Program-made: the position numbers and the translations under genes | Notes under the pieces: model-generated | Told to the model about the DNA's origin: nothing | Seen by the model: the letters and a program-made list of their open reading frames with translations, nothing else | Database searches by the model: none | Part shown: positions 1 through 10,903 of the stretch, piece after piece | Layout of the letters: every line of letters starts with the position of its first letter | How positions within the stretch are numbered: position 1 is the stretch's first letter | Source: Chloroflexota bacterium | GTDB lineage: Bacteria > Chloroflexota > Dehalococcoidia > UBA2979 | Direction of reading: 5' to 3' | Length of the DNA stretch: 64,000 nt | NCBI GenBank assembly: GCA_009840945.1 | Contig: VXMU01000118.1 | Coordinates: 2,454-66,453 of the forward strand

Positions 1-871
1 TCATGAGCGGCGCGCGGAACCTCGTCGGCAGGAATCCCAGCCCCGCGATCCGGCGCTTCGGCGCGCGGATCTCGCGGACCTGCGTGGCCAGCGACATATC
101 GATCAGCGTGCCGTCGACCGGCGTCGCGAGGACCCACAGGCGCAGCGCCATACCGATCGAGTGCTCCTCGATCTCCACGAACGAGTAGCCCAGGCCGTGG
201 ATGCTGGCGCTGGCGGACAGGTCGAACGTGAGCCTGCCGAGCTTCGCGATGCGGCGGACGCTCTTGAAGTTCCAGCGACTCAGGAGCAGCGAGCCGTCGA
301 CCGTGACGGGCTCGGTCCGCTCCACGCTGCCGTACCCGTGGACGTAGCGGAGGTGCGCGATGTCGACGACGTTCTCGCTGGTCTCCTGCGGGTGGCCGGG
401 GAAGGTGACGGTGCTGACGATGATGTTGCTCCACCCGGCCTGGTCCGGGTCCTCCGCGGGCAGCAGCCAGTGCGGCTCGCGACCGCCGATTCCCCACCAC
501 GCGAAGATCAGCCCCGCGACCTCGCGCGTCTCGTAGACGCGCAGCCGCGCGGACCGGGGCGGCGCGGCGTACGGCGTGTCGACGCACTGGCCGGTCGCGT
601 CGAACTCGAAGCCGTGGAACGGGCAGACGAGCCGGCCGTCGCAGACGCGCCCCCCGGCGTCGGGCCCGAGGTCGGACCCGAGGTGGGGGCAGACGGCCTG
701 AGCCACGCAGATGCGTCCGTCGTCGTCGCTCCAGATGACGATCCGCTCGCCCATCCAGGTCTTCTGGATCAGCCCGGCCTTCCGCACGTCCTCGCGCGTT
801 GCGAGGAAGTACCAGCCCTCGGGGAACGGGGACAGCGCGCCAATTGCGGGCTCACCATGTCGCGTCGGCAT
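1..871 (-). CDS. Rieske [2Fe-2S] non-heme iron oxygenase alpha subunit (KshA/Neverland-like); 3' end lies off-window
   Basis: Absent from the ORF track because there is no stop in the window. My minus-strand translation from ATG 871-869 gives MPTRHGEPAIGALSPFPEGWYFLATRED... It contains the Rieske motif CPHLG...CPFHG and then the mononuclear Fe motif ENVVDIAHLRYVH (D-x2-H-x4-H). GGAG lies about 10 nt upstream of the ATG. Confidence 0.8.
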   Translation of the reverse strand, partial: MPTRHGEPAIGALSPFPEGWYFLATREDVRKAGLIQKTWMGERIVIWSDDDGRICVAQAVCPHLGSDLGPDAGGRVCDGRLVCPFHGFEFDATGQCVDTPYAAPPRSARLRVYETREVAGLIFAWWGIGGREPHWLLPAEDPDQAGWSNIIVSTVTFPGHPQETSENVVDIAHLRYVHGYGSVERTEPVTVDGSLLLSRWNFKSVRRIAKLGRLTFDLSASASIHGLGYSFVEIEEHSIGMALRLWVLATPVDGTLIDMSLATQVREIRAPKRRIAGLGFLPTRFRAPLM

Positions 872-1026
872 CGTTCGACACTCCTCGCCCACAGACAGGA
901 TACGAAACGAGCCGACGCGTCGCATCGGGGATGCCCCGCCGGATGCGGGCGCGAGGCGACCGAATGCAGGCGTCGTCGGCGACGTAACGGGACGGTCTGC
1001 GGTATGATCGTTACGGGATACGAACT

Positions 1027-3051
1027 ATGACTCTGTCCACAGCACCCGCCACCACGGGGCAGCTCACGCTCCCCGAGGAACTCGTCCTCATGCTCCTCAA
1101 CGAGGAGAGCGGCTACTTCCACCAGGTACCCGGCTGGGCCCTGAACTGCGCCGTCGCCGGCGCCGCGCTCGCGGAACTCTCGCTCCTCTCGCGCATCGAC
1201 ACCGACCTCGAGTCGCTCGTGCTGCTGGACGACACGGAGACGGGCGACCCCGCCCTCGACCCGATCCTCGAGGCGATCGCGTCCGAGCGGATGCAGCGCA
1301 ACGCCCAGTACTGGATCGAGCGGCTGGCTCCGCAGGCGGAGACGATCATCGACGTGTCGCTGGACCGGCTGGTCGACCTGAAGATCCTCGATCACCACGA
1401 GGGCGACTTCTGGTCGCTCGCCCCCACCGTCTGGCGCTCCGAGATGTTCGGCGGCGCCGACGAGAGCACGGCGGCCGAGTTCGTCCGGACGCGCATCAGC
1501 AAGGTGATCTTCAACAACGAGATCCCGGACCCGCGCGACATCATCATCGTCTGCCTCATCAACACCTGTGACGTCTTCCGGTTCATGTTCCCGCTGGACG
1601 AGGAGTCCGAGGAGCGCATCGAGCTCATCTGCAGGATGGACCTGATCGGCCGCTCCATCGCCGAGGCCGTCTCGCACAACCTGGCGGGTCCGCTGCTGAG
1701 GCGCTCCGGGCTCACCAAATCCATCCCGAAGGTCCCGCTGCGCAAGCTCCTGTTCCACCGCCACCTCCGGGACGGCAACCTGCCCGCGCTGTTCGCCGAC
1801 CTCGCCGCGACCTACGGCCCGGTCTATCAGATCCGCCCGCCGTTCAGGCCTCCCATGCACGTCGTGGCCGGGCCGGAGACGAACCACTGGGCGCATCGGC
1901 AGGGGCGGATGTACCTGCGGGCACGTGACTACCTGCAGGACTTCGAGAAGGTCTACGGCGCGTCCGGCATCCTGCCCGCGCTGGACGGCGCGGACCACTT
2001 CCGGTTCCGCAAGGCGATGGCGTCCGGCTACTCGCGCGCGAGGCTCGAAGGCCAGCTGGACGACCTCTACAGCAACACTCGGGAGGGCCTGTCCGAGTGG
2101 AGCGTCGGCGACACCTACAACGGAACGAAGATGTGTCGTCGTCTCATCAATGCAGAGGTCTCACCGCTCATGATCAGCGTGGACTCGCAGGACCTCATCG
2201 ACGACCTGACCGAGTACAAGACGCGCGCGCTGACCACCCACGTACTGAAGGTGCTCCCCAAGTTCATGCTGCACACGCCGGGCATGCGGCGCCGGAGGAA
2301 GGGCATCGCGAAGCTGCTGGAGCGGGTTCAGGGCGTCCACACCGCGGCGCAGCGAGCCGGGCAGCCGCGCGACCTCGCCGACGACCTGCTCAGCCTGCAC
2401 GAGAGCGATCCGCAGTTCCTGCCGGAGTCGAACCTGCGCTTCGCGCTCACCGCGCCGCTGATCGCCAGCGTCTACCTCGGCGATGCACTCAGCTTCGCGG
2501 TGTACGCCATGGCCTCCCAGCCCGACCTCTACGAGCGGATCGCCGCCGAGGCTGATGCACTGTTCGCGGACGGCGACCCCGCGCCGGAGGACATCACCCG
2601 CGAGGCCATCGACGTGACGCACCGCTTCATCATGGAGAGCATGCGCGTCTACCCCATCGTCCCGATGTCGGTGCGGAAGGTCATGAACGCGTGCGTCGTG
2701 GAGGACTACGAGCTCCCCGAGGGCGCCGAGCTCTTCATCGCCCAGTCGGCCGCGCACTACATGGCGGACGTGTTCCCGGAGCCGACGAAGTTCGACATCG
2801 ACCGCTACCTGCCGGACCGCAACGAGCACCTCAGCCCGGGGTACGCCCCGTTCGGCCTCGGCACGCACACGTGCCTCGGCAACCGGTGGATGGAGCTGCA
2901 GCTCGCGGTGAACCTGCTGATGATCGCGCACTACTTCACGGTCGAGATCTCGCCGAAGAACTACAAGCTCAAGATCGACCCGTTCCCGTCGCTCTCGCCG
3001 AGGAAGCTCAAGTTCCGCATCGCCGAAAAGCGCCGCGACCTCCCCGCCTGA
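1027..3051 (+). CDS. GPP34 (GOLPH3/VPS74-like) domain fused to a cytochrome P450
   Basis: 674-aa ORF. The N-terminal ~230 aa carry the GPP34-family signature LTLPEELVLMLLNEESGYF...AVAGAALAELSLLSRI. The C-terminal ~440 aa carry EXXR (MESMR) and the heme-thiolate loop PFGLGTHTCLG. Confidence 0.85.
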   Translation: MTLSTAPATTGQLTLPEELVLMLLNEESGYFHQVPGWALNCAVAGAALAELSLLSRIDTDLESLVLLDDTETGDPALDPILEAIASERMQRNAQYWIERLAPQAETIIDVSLDRLVDLKILDHHEGDFWSLAPTVWRSEMFGGADESTAAEFVRTRISKVIFNNEIPDPRDIIIVCLINTCDVFRFMFPLDEESEERIELICRMDLIGRSIAEAVSHNLAGPLLRRSGLTKSIPKVPLRKLLFHRHLRDGNLPALFADLAATYGPVYQIRPPFRPPMHVVAGPETNHWAHRQGRMYLRARDYLQDFEKVYGASGILPALDGADHFRFRKAMASGYSRARLEGQLDDLYSNTREGLSEWSVGDTYNGTKMCRRLINAEVSPLMISVDSQDLIDDLTEYKTRALTTHVLKVLPKFMLHTPGMRRRRKGIAKLLERVQGVHTAAQRAGQPRDLADDLLSLHESDPQFLPESNLRFALTAPLIASVYLGDALSFAVYAMASQPDLYERIAAEADALFADGDPAPEDITREAIDVTHRFIMESMRVYPIVPMSVRKVMNACVVEDYELPEGAELFIAQSAAHYMADVFPEPTKFDIDRYLPDRNEHLSPGYAPFGLGTHTCLGNRWMELQLAVNLLMIAHYFTVEISPKNYKLKIDPFPSLSPRKLKFRIAEKRRDLPA

Positions 3052-3099
3052 CCTCCCGTCGAGCCACCCGCCGACGGCCCGACAGCCCGCGCTTCAGGC

Positions 3100-3335
3100 G
3101 GAGAGCCGTCTGACGCCCTCGCCCCCGACGCATGAGTGCCTTCTGATCACCCGGCGCGAGGAGCCGTCCGATCCCCTCACCCCGGCCCATGAGTGGCCCT
3201 CCGATCCCCCGACGCGGGGAGCCGTCTGATCCCTCTCGCCCCGGCGGGGCGTTGGCGCTCTGAACACCCGGTGCGGGGAGCCGTCTGATCCTCTCTCCCC
3301 CCGGCCGGGGGGAGAGGGTGAGGGTGAGGGGGCGC
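3100..3335. repeat. Degenerate tandem repeat, 58-59 bp period, 4 copies, in a convergent intergenic region
   Basis: The core GAGCCGTCYGAYSCCCTC starts at 3103, 3161, 3219 and 3278. Each unit holds a weaker half-repeat (gccYtcYgaWcMccc), giving about 29-bp sub-periodicity. Confidence 0.8.
3293..3316. terminator. 24-bp perfect palindrome (10-bp GC-rich stem, GGCC centre) between convergent genes; possible bidirectional terminator
   Basis: CTCTCCCCCC-GGCC-GGGGGGAGAG. It lies between the P450 stop (3051) and the MMPL stop (3437). There is no U-tract on either strand. Confidence 0.4.
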
Positions 3336-3436
3336 GGGGTGCGACCACCCCACCGGGAAGCCTCGAAGACTTCTCACTCTTGGCCAGCGGACGTATCGGA
3401 CTGCCCGTCTTGTCGCGGCACCAGGCCGACCCCGCC

Positions 3437-5920
3437 CTACGCCGAGGTCTCCTCGTGCCGCCGGTGCACCGCCTCGATCGCCAGGTCCAGCTCGTCCGAC
3501 ATGCGCTGGACCGCCGAGCGCAGCCGCATGTTCTGGTACGCCCCCCACACCGTCATCGCGGGCGGCACGACGAGGATCGAGACGATCAGCGAGTAGGCGA
3601 TCGTGATCGCCGCCGTGATGCCGAACTGCTGCGACGCGGCCAGCGGCGAGGCGACGAGCACGCCGAGCCCGAGCGCCGTCGTGAGCGCCGAACCGAGCAG
3701 CGCGGAGCCGGTGGTCGCGAGCGTGCGGATCGCCGCCTGTTCCGGGTTGCGCACCTGTGCGAACTCCTCCCGGTAGCGGTGGATGACGTGGATCGTGTAG
3801 TCCACCCCGATGCCGATCGAGAGCGCGGTGATCATCGACGTGATCAGCGTGTATGGGATGCCCAGCAGCGACATGGTGCCCAGCACGGATACCAGCACCA
3901 GCACGATCGGTCCCACGGCGACGATCGCGAGCAGCGGCTGTCGCAGCGTGACCCAGAAGAAGATCGCGAGGATCCCGAGCGCCACGGCGATGGTCGTGGT
4001 GATCGCCTCCGTCTGCCGGGCCGTGATCGAGTCCGTGACGGTCACCGAGATGATGCTCAGCGAGGTCGCCGTGATGGCGTCGTCCTGTCCGAGCCACAGG
4101 TCTTCGAGGTCCCCCTGGATCGCCTTGATCGCCGGGGGGTCGCCGACGTAGCTCGGGAACTGGAGGAGGATCGCGTCGACGCCGTCGGGGTCGTCGACGA
4201 GCAGGTGCCCGAAGGCGGGGTCGAGCGCCTCCAGCCGGTCGATGAACTGCTGCATCAGCACCGGATCGAGCTCGATCCCCGCCGAGGCCTCGTCGAACAG
4301 CGCGGCGAGCTCCGGGTCGTACCGGTCGCCGGGCTCCCCGCTGTCGGTGGTCCAGTCCCGCAGCAGCGACTCGTAGGACACTGAGAGGGGGCCCGCGGCG
4401 CCTCGCGGGCGTCGCTCCTCGTCCTCGAAGGCCGCGGCGAGGTCGCGCAGGTTGAGGAGCGTACGTGTCTCGGTCGCCTCGGCGCGCACGAGCGCGCTCG
4501 TCATCTCCGTGGAGCCGCCCACGGCCGCGTCGAGGGTGTCCATGTCCTGGAGGAGGCTCCCGCCCCGGGGCAGGATGTCGCGGATGCTGAACTCCGCCTC
4601 CAGCCCCCGGGCCGAGAATCCGAGGAAGGCCGTCACCGCCAGCACCACCACGATGTACGGCGCGGGCCGGCGCGCGACGCTCCGCCCCAACAGCTCCGCC
4701 GCGCGGCCGATGCCGGGCAGCGCGCCCGAGATCGGGCGCGGCGGCCGCAGGGTCCCTCGCGCCTCGCGGCGGCGGTCGATGATCGTCCGCCCGGCCGGGA
4801 CGAGCGTCAGCATCACGATCAGGCTGAGCCCCACGCCGAGCCCGGCGATGACGCCGAAGTCGCCGACGATGTCGATCGGGGAGAACAGGCTCGCGAAGAA
4901 GCTGACCATGGTGGTCGCGGCTGCGAGGACGAGCGGGACGGTGACGTTCCGCATGCCCACCCGGACAGCCGTCAGCACGGGCTCGCCGGCGAGCCGCTGC
5001 TCGCGGTAGTGCGAGACGGCCTGGATGGCGTAGTCGACCGTCAGGCTGATCACGATGATTGGCACCATCGAGGTCAGCGAGTTCGGCGGGCCGGTCAGCG
5101 CCACCGCGTTCGGGCCGAGCCAGCCCTCCGCGCCGATGATCCAGACCAGCGCCATGAAGAGTCCCGCGAGCGTGAGCAGCAGGTCCGAGATGGTACGCAT
5201 GAAGAGCAGGAGCAACGCCGCGATCAGCAGCAGCGCCAGCCCGATCAGCGGCCCCATGCCCTCTTCCGTCGCTCGCCGGTACTCGTCCTCGACCACCGTG
5301 GGGGAGATGCTGCTCACCCGCAGCGGCCCCTCGTCGGCGTCCGCGAGCGCGTCGATCCGCCGCTCGGCGTCCTGGACGCGCTCGTCGTCGGTGTCGAGCA
5401 GGCGGATCGTGGCGATCGCGACGGGCGTCCCGTCCGTGTCGGTGCCCGTCATCGCGGCGAGCGCGTCGCCGATCACCGGAGCGCCGCGGGCCGCGTCGAT
5501 CTGGGCCTGCGTCACCGCGTCGATGCGGTCCAGCTGGAGCGCCGCCTGCACCAGCGCCGCCGGTGTGATGACGGGGTCGACCGGCGGCAGGAGGGCGCCG
5601 ATCGCGGCGTCCGTGACGATCTGGTCGACCAGCGCGTCCATCTGCGCGAGCCCGTCGGGCGTGAGTGCCTCGCCGCGGAAGAGCAGCGTGACGACGCTGG
5701 TCTCCCCAGCATCGCCAAAGAGCGCATCGATCTCCTGCAGCGTCTCGGCTACGGCGCTCCCGCGCGGCAGCGTCTCCTCGGTGGTGGGGAGCGGGGCGCG
5801 CAGCGACGCGCCCGCGCCGAGCACGACCGTGGTGACGACGAGGGCAGCGATGGTCAGCCACGGCCGTACCGTGACCAGCCAGCTCACCCGAGTCAGTACC
5901 TGGGTCATGACACGCGTCAT
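3437..5920 (-). CDS. MMPL-family (RND superfamily) membrane transporter
   Basis: 827-aa ORF with two MMPL-type halves (TVDYAIQAVSHYREQ and IGVDYTIHVIHRYREE) and many hydrophobic helices. Confidence 0.9.
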   Translation of the reverse strand: MTRVMTQVLTRVSWLVTVRPWLTIAALVVTTVVLGAGASLRAPLPTTEETLPRGSAVAETLQEIDALFGDAGETSVVTLLFRGEALTPDGLAQMDALVDQIVTDAAIGALLPPVDPVITPAALVQAALQLDRIDAVTQAQIDAARGAPVIGDALAAMTGTDTDGTPVAIATIRLLDTDDERVQDAERRIDALADADEGPLRVSSISPTVVEDEYRRATEEGMGPLIGLALLLIAALLLLFMRTISDLLLTLAGLFMALVWIIGAEGWLGPNAVALTGPPNSLTSMVPIIVISLTVDYAIQAVSHYREQRLAGEPVLTAVRVGMRNVTVPLVLAAATTMVSFFASLFSPIDIVGDFGVIAGLGVGLSLIVMLTLVPAGRTIIDRRREARGTLRPPRPISGALPGIGRAAELLGRSVARRPAPYIVVVLAVTAFLGFSARGLEAEFSIRDILPRGGSLLQDMDTLDAAVGGSTEMTSALVRAEATETRTLLNLRDLAAAFEDEERRPRGAAGPLSVSYESLLRDWTTDSGEPGDRYDPELAALFDEASAGIELDPVLMQQFIDRLEALDPAFGHLLVDDPDGVDAILLQFPSYVGDPPAIKAIQGDLEDLWLGQDDAITATSLSIISVTVTDSITARQTEAITTTIAVALGILAIFFWVTLRQPLLAIVAVGPIVLVLVSVLGTMSLLGIPYTLITSMITALSIGIGVDYTIHVIHRYREEFAQVRNPEQAAIRTLATTGSALLGSALTTALGLGVLVASPLAASQQFGITAAITIAYSLIVSILVVPPAMTVWGAYQNMRLRSAVQRMSDELDLAIEAVHRRHEETSA

Positions 5921-6025
5921 CTTACGTACGGCTCGCGCAGAGCGCCTTGCCCCATGTGTAGCCCCGCGTGCGCGGAGGGTCCGCGCGACGGCCCGCGGAC
6001 CCTCCCGCGCGTGCGTCGACCGGGC

Positions 6026-7408
6026 CTACGCGGTCCTGAACCCGGACCCGTACATGATGCTGCCGTAGTGATTGAACGACCGCCGCGCCTCGGGGTCGGT
6101 GAAGGGGTAGTCGGCCCCGAGCTGCCTCGCCGCCGCGAGGCCGGTGACGAAGCAGGTCTCCTGGCTGTTGACGAGCGTGTGGGCGCCGCAGTGCCACGTC
6201 CGGCGCCTGCCCTGGATGAAGCGGAACAGGCTCACGAGCACGGTGACGTGCCGCACGTCATGCACGATGTGCTGGAACCAGTGCCGCTTCACGACCTTGC
6301 TGTCGTCGATGGCGCTGATCGGGTTGTAGGTCACGAGGCACGGCCGGTCCGAGTCGTGAGCCCACGGCTGCTGGTTGTGCATGATGTACGTGATCTCGTA
6401 GTTGTCCGGCCGCGCCCCGTACTGCTCGATGTGGTTGCTGCGCGTCGTCAGCGGACGCACCTCGTTGTCCGGCAGCACCGAGGCGTCCGAGTGCACCACC
6501 GCGTGGTTGTGGAGCTCGCTCTCGTAGCGGACCGACGACAGGATGTGGCGCTCGAGGAACGTCGGGCGGTCGAGCATCATCAGCGTCTGGTTCGCGTTGC
6601 ACGCGAAGATCACCTCGTCGAACGTCTCGCGCACACCCTCCTCGTCCTCGACCACGACGGACGAAGGCCCTCGGTACACTTTCCGCACCGGCCGGTTCAG
6701 CGAGATCTTGTCGGTGAAGCCCGCCGAGAGGTGCTCGTAGATGCGTCGTGTGCCCCGGTCCCACGTCTGCATCGGGGTGGCGTGCTCGATGTCGAAAAAC
6801 TCGAGGTAGCGCGCGAAGAGCGCCGCGGGCATGTCGAAGACGTTCGTCGCCATCAGGAAGTTGACGAACATCGGCTTCAGGATCTTGTAGCGGAAGTCGG
6901 CGGAGAAGCCGCCGACGTTCAGCAGCGTGCCCATGCTCACGTAGTTGAACGGGTTGAGCGCGTTCAGGAACGTCGAGTGCGACCGGCTCAGCCAGCCGAA
7001 GCGGTGCAGCCACCGCAGCAGTTTCTGGAACTTCTCGATCTCGGGCTGGAGCTCCTCCCGGATGTCGGAGTCGAAGTCGTGCGCGTAGACGCCGCCGCGG
7101 TAGCGCACGCTGTAGTTGAACTGCACGTCGAACACATCGATGCCGAACTGCTCCAGCAGCAGCAGGATGTGGTCGTACACGGACGGGATGAGCGCCGTCA
7201 CCGAGATGTCGAAGGGGATCGAGCTGCCGTCGCCCTGCGGCATGTCGGCGGTGACGGCGTTCCCGCCGAGCTGCTCGCGGGCCTCGTAGAGCCGGAAGTC
7301 GAAGCGGTCCGGGTGGTGGTGCAGCGCCCAAGCGGCGCCGAGGCCCGAGATGCCGCCGCCGATGATCGCGATCCGCCTCGGCGCGGTACGTGTCGTCTCG
7401 CTCGCCAT
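6026..7408 (-). CDS. NAD(P)/FAD-dependent oxidoreductase (amine-oxidase-like fold)
   Basis: C-terminal 460 aa of the 864-aa track ORF, starting at ATG 7408. The N-terminus MASETTRTAPRRIAIIGGGISGLGAAWAL is a Rossmann dinucleotide-binding motif. The rest of the track ORF is read-through across the next gene. Confidence 0.8.
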   Translation of the reverse strand: MASETTRTAPRRIAIIGGGISGLGAAWALHHHPDRFDFRLYEAREQLGGNAVTADMPQGDGSSIPFDISVTALIPSVYDHILLLLEQFGIDVFDVQFNYSVRYRGGVYAHDFDSDIREELQPEIEKFQKLLRWLHRFGWLSRSHSTFLNALNPFNYVSMGTLLNVGGFSADFRYKILKPMFVNFLMATNVFDMPAALFARYLEFFDIEHATPMQTWDRGTRRIYEHLSAGFTDKISLNRPVRKVYRGPSSVVVEDEEGVRETFDEVIFACNANQTLMMLDRPTFLERHILSSVRYESELHNHAVVHSDASVLPDNEVRPLTTRSNHIEQYGARPDNYEITYIMHNQQPWAHDSDRPCLVTYNPISAIDDSKVVKRHWFQHIVHDVRHVTVLVSLFRFIQGRRRTWHCGAHTLVNSQETCFVTGLAAARQLGADYPFTDPEARRSFNHYGSIMYGSGFRTA

Positions 7409-7446
7409 GGCCCCAGCCTGCCCGTCTCGTCCGCCGCCGGCCAGCG

Positions 7447-8484
7447 TCAGGCCGCGCGCATTGACTCGACGACGCGCCGTGCGGCCGCCACGGCGCCCTC
7501 GACCCCCGCGTCGTCGACGCCGAGGTGGGTGACCATGCGCACCCGCTGCGGCCCGGTCCCGCTGCACAGCACGCCCTCTGCCGCCAGCCGCTCGCGGAAC
7601 TCGACCCCGTCCAGCGCGTCGTCGATCTCGAAGAAGACAATGTTCGTGTCGGGCGCGTCGATGTCGATCGCGCCTCCCGGCAGCGACGCCAGGCCGTCGG
7701 CGAGCCGCGCGGCCCGCTCGTGGTCCTCGGAGAGGCGTTCGACGTGATGTTCGAGCGCGTGCAGCGCGGCGGCCGCAATCACGCCGGCCTGCCGCATCCC
7801 GCCGCCGAGCTGACGACGCAGCACGCGTGCGCGGTCGATCACCTCGCGCGGCCCGGTGAGCACGGAGCCGACCGGCGCGCCGAGGCCCTTCGAGAAGCAG
7901 AACGAGACGGTGTCGGCGAGGCCCGCGATGGTCGCGGCGTCGGTCTCCAGCGCCAGCGCGGCGTTGAAGATGCGCGCACCGTCCAGGTGCACGGCGGCCC
8001 CCGCGCCGCGCGCGACCTCGGCCGCACCGCGCATGCTGTCCAGGGGGATCGCCGCGCCGCCACAGCGGTTCTGCGTGTTCTCCAGGCAGACCAGCACGGT
8101 CCGCGGCGCGGCGGCCGGCGCACGGACGACGGACGCCACCTCGTCGGGGTCGATGCGGCCGCGGTCGTCGTTGGCGACGCTGCGCAGGCTGATCCCGCCC
8201 AGCGCGGACGCGCCGACCGCCTCGTGGTGGAGGATGTGCGACTCGGAGCCGACGACGGCCTCGTCGCCCCGTCCGCAGGTGACGAGCAGCGCGAGCAGGT
8301 TCGCCATCGTGCCGCTCGGCACGTAGAGCGCGGCCTCCTTGCCGATGCGCTCGGCCGAGGCCTCCTCGAGGCGCCGCACCGTGGGGTCGTCGCCCAGCAC
8401 GTCGTCGCCGACTTCGGCGCGCGCCATCGCCTGGCGCATCGCGTCGGTGGGCTGGGAGACGGTGTCGGACCGCAGGTCGATCAC
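7447..8484 (-). CDS. ltaE: Low-specificity L-threonine aldolase (beta-eliminating lyase family, PLP)
   Basis: GTG 8484 is preceded by GGAGGAG. The protein begins VIDLRSDTVSQPT and has the PLP-lysine motif FCFSKGLGAPVGS. At 345 aa it is typical of the family. The track's longer N-terminus overlaps the katG upstream region. Confidence 0.85.
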   Translation of the reverse strand: MIDLRSDTVSQPTDAMRQAMARAEVGDDVLGDDPTVRRLEEASAERIGKEAALYVPSGTMANLLALLVTCGRGDEAVVGSESHILHHEAVGASALGGISLRSVANDDRGRIDPDEVASVVRAPAAAPRTVLVCLENTQNRCGGAAIPLDSMRGAAEVARGAGAAVHLDGARIFNAALALETDAATIAGLADTVSFCFSKGLGAPVGSVLTGPREVIDRARVLRRQLGGGMRQAGVIAAAALHALEHHVERLSEDHERAARLADGLASLPGGAIDIDAPDTNIVFFEIDDALDGVEFRERLAAEGVLCSGTGPQRVRMVTHLGVDDAGVEGAVAAARRVVESMRAA

Positions 8485-8729
8485 GGTGCTGCTCCTCCTG
8501 TCGCCGCCGGTACGGAGCCCCCGGCGTGCGTCGCCCGCCCATTCTCCGCGAAGTCGCGCGTCGCCGCTGCGGGCCGCCTCGATGATGGGCCGATTCGACG
8601 CGCGCGAGGTGCTTCCGCAAGCGGGACGCCTGATACGATCATCGCGTACGACATCCCGACAACGCGAGACCCGGCCGCGCCGGTCGAGGTCGTCGCCACG
8701 GCCCTCCACGGTGGGGCCGGCGAATCTGA

Positions 8730-10877
<2,148 letters not shown>

Positions 10878-10903
10878 GCGCGGGGTGGGGCGAGGATCGG
10901 CCG

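Noticed and set aside
3100-3335. A CRISPR array.
   Set aside because: The copies are degenerate, there are no unique spacers of regular length between identical repeats, and no cas genes are present. It is a tandem intergenic repeat.
3177-5861. 894-aa minus-strand ORF overlapping the MMPL gene in another frame, plus the plus-strand ORFs 5009-7747 and 3380-4384.
   Set aside because: The MMPL frame has transporter motifs and hydrophobic helices. These alternatives are Arg/Pro/Gly-rich junk.
7409-8620. N-terminal ~400 aa of the 864-aa track ORF 6026-8620. The long N-termini of 33602-35488 and 23730-25235 are similar cases.
   Set aside because: These are open-frame read-throughs across neighbouring genes. 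The recognisable protein begins at an internal ATG with proper N-terminal motifs (7408, 34702 and 24185).
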